From NCBI GenBank assembly GCA_942493315.1, contig OW818690.1:2503275-2567274 (forward strand): a stretch of 64,000 bases of DNA, read 5' to 3'. The translations under genes were made by a program, and so were the position numbers. The stretch is from an uncultured Bacteroidota bacterium (GTDB lineage Bacteria > Bacteroidota > Bacteroidia > Bacteroidales > WCHB1-69). The notes under the pieces were generated by a model that worked only from the letters and a program-made list of their open reading frames with translations, had not been told where the DNA came from and did not search any database. Positions 56,792 to 64,000 of this stretch are shown one piece after another (position 1 is the first letter of the stretch; every line of letters starts with the position of its first letter).

Positions 56792-57733
56792 TCAATGCCT
56801 AAATTTGGTTGACCGTTTGTTTACTTGTTTTTGGCATATTATCATTGGTTGACTTGTCCTTGTTGGGGAGCTCTGAGCTTGGTCTTGGGCTAGCCCAAGA
56901 CCAAGCTCAGAGCTGGGTTCCAAAATTTTTGAAGATTTTTTTTCTTCGGGATTTTGGTTTTGCAAATATATACTTTTTTCGAATGAAATTGGTGACTTTC
57001 TTTGTAGCTTACAATGAGGCTTTTCGTAGTTATAAAGGTACACTGATCGGTCAACTTCTTTCACTAATGTCTCGTAATTAGTAATCGTTCTGTAGCTTAA
57101 ATAGTTGTTTTTAATCACTCCATTAATTCTCTCTGCTTTACCATTCTCCCAGGGGGCAACACACATACTATGGAGAAAATCTTCAGTCACATCTAAAAAC
57201 TCTTTTGCACCATATTGTCTACCGCCATCTGAATGAAAAATTAAGCCGTTTAGATCTTCCCCTTTACGGAACCTTAATGCGCTATTTAATGATGCAATTA
57301 CTGTCTGCTCTGTCGTTAAACGCTTTGATACAGAATATCCTACAATAACTCTTGAGTAAGCATCAATTATAAAGGTAATATAGTAAAAATGACCATTAAT
57401 TTTGTAATATGTGGTGTCTGATTGCCAAACTTGATTAATCCTGGTTATCTCTAAGTTTTTAATTAAATTATCAAAACGGATTACTCCACTACTATCTGTA
57501 GTATGAATAAATCTCTTTTTCCTCTTTATCATTAATCCTGCAAGCTTACACAATTCTTCAAATTGATCTCTCCCAACATAACAAGGTCGCTTTTTATAAT
57601 AAATATCCCTTACACCCATAGTGGGATGATCCATCCTGACTTCGAAAACAATTTCCTTCACTAAATGAAGAATGTCCTTTTTTTTATTGTCTCTTTGAAG
57701 GATTTTATATACTGCTTGTTTGCTGATATTCAT
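56792..57733 (-). CDS. IS3-family transposase OrfB (rve integrase core)
   Basis: WQSDTTY, HSDGGRQY and NGKAERING D-D-E context. Confidence 0.9.
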   Translation of the reverse strand: MNISKQAVYKILQRDNKKKDILHLVKEIVFEVRMDHPTMGVRDIYYKKRPCYVGRDQFEELCKLAGLMIKRKKRFIHTTDSSGVIRFDNLIKNLEITRINQVWQSDTTYYKINGHFYYITFIIDAYSRVIVGYSVSKRLTTEQTVIASLNSALRFRKGEDLNGLIFHSDGGRQYGAKEFLDVTEDFLHSMCVAPWENGKAERINGVIKNNYLSYRTITNYETLVKEVDRSVYLYNYEKPHCKLQRKSPISFEKSIYLQNQNPEEKKSSKILEPSSELGLGLAQDQAQSSPTRTSQPMIICQKQVNKRSTKFRH

Positions 57734-57750
57734 AGCTTTATAAAGTGCAT

Positions 57751-58167
57751 TTAGTGAGTGATGGTATTCATCTTGATGTTCTTGATAATGTCGGAAGGTG
57801 TCGTTTCGAACTTTTTTTTTATATCAACACCATAATGATCCTCTGCGATTTCAATCATTTTGTCTTTAAATTCTAGAAGAATTTGCTTTTCTCCAATAAT
57901 CATTTTGAGATGTGCATTCTCTTTTTTTAAAGCCATTATTTGTTTAGTATCACTCTCAGTTTCAATAACTAATCTTTCTTTTTTTGTTTTCATATTGCCA
58001 TATTTATTTAACCATTGATAAATTGTACCTCTCACGGTATCATATTGTCTGCAAAGGTCGGCAATTTTTGTTTGTCCAGATTCAATCTCTTGGACTTTTT
58101 TTCTCTTGAAGCTTTCACTAAAGTGTCTTCTTTTTCTTTCTTCTAATGTTAAACTAATTTCTTTCAT
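57751..58167 (-). CDS. IS3-family transposase OrfA (HTH)
   Basis: N-terminal HTH (RRHFSESFKRKKVQEIESGQTKIADLCRQYDTVRGTIYQWLNK) plus a leucine-zipper-like region. Confidence 0.9.
   Translation of the reverse strand: MKEISLTLEERKRRHFSESFKRKKVQEIESGQTKIADLCRQYDTVRGTIYQWLNKYGNMKTKKERLVIETESDTKQIMALKKENAHLKMIIGEKQILLEFKDKMIEIAEDHYGVDIKKKFETTPSDIIKNIKMNTITH
57812..57820 (-). other. Probable -1 programmed frameshift site (A9 run) joining OrfA and OrfB
   Basis: On the minus strand, ATATAAAAAAAAAGTT lies within OrfA. The OrfB frame is open from this point (KKKVRNDTFRHYQEHQDEYHHSLNALYKAMNISKQ). Confidence 0.7.
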
Positions 58168-58286
58168 AGGTTCACTTTTTTATTTAATTTGTTATTTAAA
58201 AGTGGTCAACCTATTTCAGGCATTGACACACTATTCATTATTCACTATTCATTATTCACTATTCTCTAATCACTAATCACTATTCA

Positions 58287-58559
58287 CTATTCACTATTCA
58301 CTAATCTCTGGTACGCCTTCAGGTATTTGTTGAGTCTTTTCCGGTCTTGATCGGTGATTTGGGGGAGGCGGGTGATAACCATGTTGTTGCGGAGATCGTT
58401 GAGTTTGACGGTGATGGCGGTTTTGTTGGTGAGGATCCGGTCGATGAAGTAGTCGTAATTTTCCTGTTCTGATTCTTTGGTGTCCAGTCTCAGCACGTTA
58501 ATGAACTCCTCGGAGAACTCCTTTTATTGCAGCATATCGAAGGTACAAGGGGTATCCTC
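58287..58559 (-). pseudogene. Truncated, stop-interrupted paralogue of the adjacent HD hydrolase (GC-richer copy)
   Basis: Reads EDTPCTFDMLQ*KEFSEEFINVLRLDTKESEQENYDYFIDRILTNKTAITVKLNDL, which aligns with aa ~55-147 of ORF 58658..59101. In-frame TAA at 58524-58526. The N-terminal half is missing, and the C-terminal codons come from the heptamer tract. Confidence 0.75.
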
Positions 58560-58657
58560 TTTTTATTGATTTGGATATTAAAAAATTAAAAATTAGAGAT
58601 AATTGGAAAACTATTTGAAACTAAAATTTGATAATATTTCTTTTTTAAAAAATAATA

Positions 58658-59101
58658 TCAATATAGTATTATTTTAACTTCATTTATTAGTCGATTGTAA
58701 GCATGAATATAAATATTAAGACCTACTAAATCTTCTTCATTGATTTGATTATTCAATGTTAAATCTAACTTATCACGAAGTTCATTTAATTTTACATAAA
58801 TAGCGGTTTTGTTTTGAATAATTTTATCAATATAACTATTGTAATTTTCAAGTTCTGATTCTTTTGCTAATAATTTTAAAACTTTGATGACTTCCTCAGA
58901 AAATCCTTCTTTTTCAAGCATTTCAAAAGTCCAATCTGAGTTATTCACTAAATCGTGTAAGACTCCGCAAATCCTTTCAGTCTCATTTAATCCTCTATCT
59001 TTCATTCTGATCAAATGTCTATAATAGGGTTCACCATTTTTTCCTATTTGATCTTTATGTGCTTCAAAGGCAATCTCAATGGCTGTTTGTAGTGAAGACA
59101 T
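58658..59101 (-). CDS. Small HD-domain phosphohydrolase (RelA/SpoT-hydrolase-like, HD_4-type)
   Basis: AFEAHKDQIGKNGEPYYRHL ... GVLHDLV pattern. The usual ED after HD is replaced (LHDLVNNSDWT). Confidence 0.7.
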   Translation of the reverse strand: MSSLQTAIEIAFEAHKDQIGKNGEPYYRHLIRMKDRGLNETERICGVLHDLVNNSDWTFEMLEKEGFSEEVIKVLKLLAKESELENYNSYIDKIIQNKTAIYVKLNELRDKLDLTLNNQINEEDLVGLNIYIHAYNRLINEVKIILY

Positions 59102-59246
59102 GGGTGTTTTTTTAATATTGAAAACAATTTTTTTAAATAGTATTAAAAACTATAATTGAAAAATCAAAATATCGAAGAATTCAACTAATACATCCAATAT
59201 AGATTTAAGTATGAACCAAGCTCATTTTTATTTATTAATTTTATTA

Positions 59247-61136
59247 TTAAACTTCAAAATGTTTTTCAAGCCGTTCTAATAAACCAGACAATAATTCATC
59301 ATATGATTTAAACCTCAATTGAGATAAACTACGAAGATTAAAACCAATGTATTTGTTAATATCAATCCTATCCCTATTATGTTCAGAATCTTCCTTATAA
59401 AGCAAAATAATATTAGGATATAAACCATTAGATTGAGCAAATCCCATCGCATACCCAATTTCATGATAAACATTAATATTAGCACTGCTTAAGTCTGCAA
59501 TAATAAGACTACAACTCTTTATTGCATCTAATATACCATCTTGTATTGAAAAGGCACTTGGAGTTACTGCTCTATCTATTCGTATTGGTGTTGCATGTAA
59601 ATGGACTCCAGAATATTTTTTATTAAACTGCTCTATAGTTCTTACGACCTTTTCATATATGAGTTCACTTTGTGAATCCCCAAATTGCATAGAAATAAAA
59701 ATTTCGTTCTTTTTTGAATCATATATTTGTTCAAACATTCTGATAAAATTTTCAGAACCATCTTTAGATAAATCGTCTGGTTCGTTTATTTTATTAATAC
59801 CATTTTTTATTACCCAATTAGCGAATGTGTTTAATTGTGTTTTATCTAATAATGAATAATATACTAATGCAACAAGTAAAGAAATATTTCCAAATGAATC
59901 ATTTGCAAATAATTCATAAATATTTCTTAAGGAATGAATTGCTTTTACGATAGAATCAACATCTTCACAATGAAATAGATATTTCTCAAGAGATTCGATT
60001 TTATTATTAAAACTATCAATCAATTTACTGTCATAGTCTTGTTGCCTGACGTTTGAATTCAATTCTTCTGTTAAGTTTCTCAGCTCCTTATTTAGGTTCT
60101 TGTATTTTAAAGTTTGTTCGCTTACTTCTTGATTTTCATCTTTAAGTAGTTCTATTTCCTTTTTTTTGTTCTCAATATTTACTTGTAAATTCTGAATATT
60201 TATTTTAAATTGTTTAAATTCAATTTCAATTTGCTTTTTTTGTTTTTCTGCTTTTTCAAGTTTATTTTGTATCGTTACTTTTCGGGATATTAACAACTGG
60301 ACTATTCTTAAACAAGCTGTTCTATAATAAGTCTCATTAACATTCTGCTTCGCCGTGAGCCAATAAATACCATTAAATGCACCAGTTTTTGTAATATCAA
60401 TAATTTTTAATGCCAGAGGATACTCTGAACCTAATTTTTCTTTATCATCAAAAACATCTAAATCAGATATGATTTTCAAACTCGCCTCTTGACGAAGAGG
60501 TAATTGTTTGAAATTTATATCATGAAAAATTTTTGCTTCAAAATTTTCTGCGTTATCCCGCTCTGAAATAACAACCGTAAAAGGAATAATCTTTCCTTCA
60601 ATTTCTGCCCTATATACTTTTGCTTGATGTTGCAACCATGCATCTTTTTTTTCTTCATCACTTTCATTTAGAACATCGACTGGAATATCAAGAAACTGAT
60701 ACCACCAATTGATATCACTACTAAACGGTTCTAATCTGTGATTGCCATCTACACGAGTTAACTTTTCATCTTCATTAGGATTTCTTAGTTCTAAATATGC
60801 ATGTCTTGCTCTGTCTCTTCCTGTGGGCAAGTATTCACTTAATACTCTTAGTCCTTTAACAAACTGACTATCTGTATTACTAACATCGGTATCTGTACCA
60901 ATACTTGTAATTAAACCTGCGTAATCACTTGTACGACATGCTAGTGTCACTTCAGGAAAATAGGATTTTAGATCAGTTAAGTATTTGACAATTTCAACTT
61001 TATGTTGCTCAACAGAATCCCGTTGATACGATTCTGGTTTTTTTGAAATCTTAGCAATTTCACCAATTGGTGCAAATCCTCTTAAAACAATATAGTTTCC
61101 AAATGCTTTGTAAATTATTCCTTCAAGTTTTGCCAT
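59247..61136 (-). CDS. Fusion protein: DGQHR/DndB-like (ParB-fold) N-domain + coiled coil + nucleoside 2-deoxyribosyltransferase-like/TIR-like C-domain
   Basis: SYQRD ... RVDGNHRLE (aa 128-136) ... FHDINFKQLPL. K/E/N/Q heptad-like region at aa ~283-390. C-terminal IFISMQF ... LIIADLSSANINVYHEIGYAMG ... NIILLY. Starts 1 nt after the hsdS stop. Confidence 0.6.
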   Translation of the reverse strand: MAKLEGIIYKAFGNYIVLRGFAPIGEIAKISKKPESYQRDSVEQHKVEIVKYLTDLKSYFPEVTLACRTSDYAGLITSIGTDTDVSNTDSQFVKGLRVLSEYLPTGRDRARHAYLELRNPNEDEKLTRVDGNHRLEPFSSDINWWYQFLDIPVDVLNESDEEKKDAWLQHQAKVYRAEIEGKIIPFTVVISERDNAENFEAKIFHDINFKQLPLRQEASLKIISDLDVFDDKEKLGSEYPLALKIIDITKTGAFNGIYWLTAKQNVNETYYRTACLRIVQLLISRKVTIQNKLEKAEKQKKQIEIEFKQFKINIQNLQVNIENKKKEIELLKDENQEVSEQTLKYKNLNKELRNLTEELNSNVRQQDYDSKLIDSFNNKIESLEKYLFHCEDVDSIVKAIHSLRNIYELFANDSFGNISLLVALVYYSLLDKTQLNTFANWVIKNGINKINEPDDLSKDGSENFIRMFEQIYDSKKNEIFISMQFGDSQSELIYEKVVRTIEQFNKKYSGVHLHATPIRIDRAVTPSAFSIQDGILDAIKSCSLIIADLSSANINVYHEIGYAMGFAQSNGLYPNIILLYKEDSEHNRDRIDINKYIGFNLRSLSQLRFKSYDELLSGLLERLEKHFEV

Positions 61137-61137
61137 A

Positions 61138-62529
61138 TTATTTTCCGTTTAATATTATTCGTTCTATCTCTTTTTTCGCATTTTCAAGAATTTCATGACC
61201 TTCTAATTGAAGTTTCTTAGCTTGCTCTCTTAATGATGCAATACGGCTTGAAATTTCATATTGTATCTCGAATGGAGGTAATATGAGTTTCATTGTTGAT
61301 ATTTCTTCCAAGTTTATATTTGCTCTTGCAACAGGTCTCTTTAATCTATCCAAGTTAAGTTGACCTATACTTGATTTAATTAATTCTTTAATATATTGTT
61401 TGTCTATTCCTTTGTTAAGTCGAACTAATGCAATAGCCTGATTAATATTTGCTTCTCTATCATATATGTAAATACCAACTTGCCCAATTGTAGCCCCAAC
61501 AATAGCAATCATAATATCTCCCTTTATTAGTTGAGAAGATTTCATTTTAGTATTATGTATGTGAAGTTTTAAATAAAGTAAATTATCAAAATCAATGTCG
61601 CCATCCACATTGATATTACCACTGCGTACAAATGGGACTCCATTCTCGCAATCAGTATATGAGTCTCCACCTGATAGTGGTGTTATTCCACTGGTTATTT
61701 TCTGTGAAATATCTTTTAATGAGACTAATTCATATTTTGTTTGAAATAGAGATTCAAATGCAAGTTCAAAATACTCCTGATGATAATATGGATCAATTCT
61801 TTGATTTACTAAGTTGTTAATTGATATTACATTAGAAAAGTTATCTGTTTTTTTAGTGGGCAGATTTATTCCCAACATATTTAACATGTAACAGTCAATT
61901 GATGCTATAATGTTTTTTGCCTGAGCTTCTTTCTTTCGCTTTGTTGAGTAAGCGGCATTATATAAATTGACAACGTGAGTTTGTTCATCATGGGATAATA
62001 ATGGTATTAATGTTTGCTTTACAGCTTCCTGGGATAAACTGCCCATAATAGCACCAATTTTATTTTTGTCAAATTGCAACTGTCCATATCTTGAGTTTAA
62101 TACAATTTCTAGATAATCTGATGAAACAAGTTCTTTCTTAATATCAAGATAAAAGACTTCAGAACTTATCAAGTAATCATTATCACTTTTCAATGATAAA
62201 GCATTACCAAAAGTACCTTTCCTAGTTAATAACAAGTTGCCACTCTTTAATTTTATATTCTTAGAAATTGTACTTGTATCAAAATCAACGTATTGTATCT
62301 TAGAAAAATCAAATTCACCCTTTTTGACATTTGCTACTTTTATGTAAAGTATTTTCCCTATATCGGAATACTCTCTAAAATCATAACCATTTACAATTGA
62401 ATTAATTATTTCGCCTAGTTTCACAACCTTAATATGAGAACTAACATTTGAAGAAATTTGTTCTTTGTAGTAATAAGGATCAAAACGAGAACCCAAAACT
62501 TCTGAAATGCTTACATATATAGTATTCAT
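61138..62529 (-). CDS. hsdS: Type I restriction-modification specificity subunit
   Basis: Two target-recognition halves separated by conserved helical spacers (…QEAVKQTLIPLLSHDEQTHVV… and C-terminal …LPPFEIQYEISSRIASLREQAKKLQ…). Overlaps the hsdM stop by 4 nt. Confidence 0.85.
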   Translation of the reverse strand: MNTIYVSISEVLGSRFDPYYYKEQISSNVSSHIKVVKLGEIINSIVNGYDFREYSDIGKILYIKVANVKKGEFDFSKIQYVDFDTSTISKNIKLKSGNLLLTRKGTFGNALSLKSDNDYLISSEVFYLDIKKELVSSDYLEIVLNSRYGQLQFDKNKIGAIMGSLSQEAVKQTLIPLLSHDEQTHVVNLYNAAYSTKRKKEAQAKNIIASIDCYMLNMLGINLPTKKTDNFSNVISINNLVNQRIDPYYHQEYFELAFESLFQTKYELVSLKDISQKITSGITPLSGGDSYTDCENGVPFVRSGNINVDGDIDFDNLLYLKLHIHNTKMKSSQLIKGDIMIAIVGATIGQVGIYIYDREANINQAIALVRLNKGIDKQYIKELIKSSIGQLNLDRLKRPVARANINLEEISTMKLILPPFEIQYEISSRIASLREQAKKLQLEGHEILENAKKEIERIILNGK

Positions 62530-64000
62530 ACCAAATTTTCTTTTAAAATAAAGTCGTTTATTCGTTTAGATGCTTCAAATAATTCACTTTCACCTTTTGG
62601 TTTCCCAACTGCATCGTATCCTATATTTTCAATTTCTAACATTAATACGTTGTAGTTATCAATAATTTTAAATATTCTTTCCTTGTAAAGTTCTATAATT
62701 TTTTCCGATTTCATTTCCTTATGAAGTTCCTTCATTTCTCGAACCCTTGTTTTTGTATCATTCAATATTTCTTCAAATTTCTTCACTTGATTCTCTGGAT
62801 ATTTCTTAAGAAAAAGAACAGAAGACTTGACACCTGCTCGGACATGTGAAAATGTATATTGGGGTAATGAAGCTACAGCAACAATTCTAAATTTGTCAAT
62901 CAACCAATCACGTACATATTGATTTGTTGAATTTGTTATAATACCATCGGGAACGACAATAGCTAAAAAGCCTCCTTCACAAAGATATTTGTAACATCGT
63001 TCAAGAAAAAGAATTTCAGTACTTTGAGCTACTCTCCATTTGTTCTTGTTATCGTTGTCAGCAATTCTTTCCTTTAATTCAGTATATCCAATATTTCTTT
63101 CAAAAAGCTCATAATTTTTAAAATAAGCCACTTCATCAGCTTTAATAGAAGAGCCAAAAGGTGGGTTTGTCATTATCAGATCAAAAGTACCATCTTGAAA
63201 GTTTAAGTTCCGATTTTCTTGTTCAATAGTCTTATTGAGTTTTAATCCATCATTGGTAATGACATTAGTATGACCATCATCATGAATAATCATATTCATT
63301 TTGGCTACTCTAGATATTTGCTCATTTATTTCAATCCCAAAGAGGTTTTCTTTAGCAAAATCATGCCAGTAATTATACCATTTAGTACCACCATCAGGAA
63401 AAAGTTTATCAGCTTCTTCCCTTACTTTCTTTAATGCATGAAGTAAAAAGCCACCACTGCCACATGAAGTGTCAAGAACTTTGAATCTTTTTTCAATAGG
63501 TATTGCATCAGTAATAAATGTAGTGATAGGATCTGGGGTGAAAAACTGACCAAAATCACCTCTGAAAAAGTCGCCCATAAAATTTTGGAATGCAGCTCCT
63601 TTTGCATCCAGATTTGTTTTTGATAAATTTATATCTTGCAAGTATTGCACTACAACATATATTTTATGTTTGTCGAGTTTGATATCATCTTTAAACACTT
63701 CTGGATCTTTCTTTCTCCCTTCTTCATATAGCCTTCTTACACGGTTTTCTAATTCTGTTTTTGCCTTTGTGTTTTGAATATCATTTTTATCTTCTTCATA
63801 ATTTATAATCTGGAATTCGTAAGGTTCTCCCTTGGATTTTGGATTATACTCTTCCCACTTTTCATCCCATATTTTACAGAAAATAAGTTTATCTAACTCA
63901 TCGAATGCTGTAGTAGGAGCTAATGCACCACCACCCCATAATGCATCGTGTGCAGATTTAAACTTTTGAATTAATTCATTCTGAAGTACTACTTGAGGTT
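62526..64000 (-). CDS. hsdM: Type I restriction-modification DNA methyltransferase subunit (5' end outside window)
   Basis: My own translation shows the frame stays open upstream of the listed start to the window edge (…HDALWGGGALAPTTAFDELDKLIFCKIWDEK…). Motifs GQFFTP, LDTSCGSGGFL and MTNPPFG. Confidence 0.9.
   Translation of the reverse strand, partial: PQVVLQNELIQKFKSAHDALWGGGALAPTTAFDELDKLIFCKIWDEKWEEYNPKSKGEPYEFQIINYEEDKNDIQNTKAKTELENRVRRLYEEGRKKDPEVFKDDIKLDKHKIYVVVQYLQDINLSKTNLDAKGAAFQNFMGDFFRGDFGQFFTPDPITTFITDAIPIEKRFKVLDTSCGSGGFLLHALKKVREEADKLFPDGGTKWYNYWHDFAKENLFGIEINEQISRVAKMNMIIHDDGHTNVITNDGLKLNKTIEQENRNLNFQDGTFDLIMTNPPFGSSIKADEVAYFKNYELFERNIGYTELKERIADNDNKNKWRVAQSTEILFLERCYKYLCEGGFLAIVVPDGIITNSTNQYVRDWLIDKFRIVAVASLPQYTFSHVRAGVKSSVLFLKKYPENQVKKFEEILNDTKTRVREMKELHKEMKSEKIIELYKERIFKIIDNYNVLMLEIENIGYDAVGKPKGESELFEASKRINDFILKENLV

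Larger units (their letters stand above)
56790..58228 (-). mobile_element. IS3-family insertion sequence (apparently intact)
   Basis: TG...CA termini. Inverted repeats TGTCAATGCCTAAATTTGGTTGACC and GGTCAACCTATTTCAGGCATTGACA (22/25). CAC on both flanks (56787-56789, 58229-58231). Confidence 0.9.

Overview
This is an AT-rich chromosomal segment that looks like an anaerobic member of the Bacteroidota. The evidence is TAnnTTTG-type -7 promoter boxes, T9SS C-terminal sorting domains, gldH, an [FeFe]-hydrogenase, a NuoE/NuoF/GltD-NuoG-like flavoprotein operon and rnfDGEA. I support about 50 CDS. Housekeeping genes include dapF, dapA, pcm, coaD, tsaC, kdsA, ung, rnhA and mntP. Three IS elements are present: an internally deleted IS256-family copy, an IS5-family copy inserted in a Crp-like gene, and an intact IS3-family copy with a frameshift site. 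I recognised no tRNA, rRNA or CRISPR array. The strongest candidate for a new system is at the right edge (58.6-64 kb). There a type I R-M hsdM-hsdS pair is translationally coupled to a 629-aa gene that fuses a DGQHR/ParB-like domain, a coiled coil and a deoxyribosyltransferase/TIR-like domain. No hsdR is visible in the window, and a small HD hydrolase and a decayed GC-rich paralogue lie just downstream. Other items worth a second look: an attC-like imperfect palindrome within a same-strand run of small secreted-protein genes (22.2-25.3 kb); a family of GC-rich ~180-210 bp intergenic elements with conserved termini; widespread 7-nt-period microsatellite mosaics that abut every GC-rich or foreign fragment; a ~447-bp two-state hexamer array in front of the flavoprotein operon; a 10.5-copy 21-bp tandem array; and a CACAGTG-rich palindromic element present twice. 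All calls rest on reading the sequence and ORF translations by eye. No database search or computation was run.
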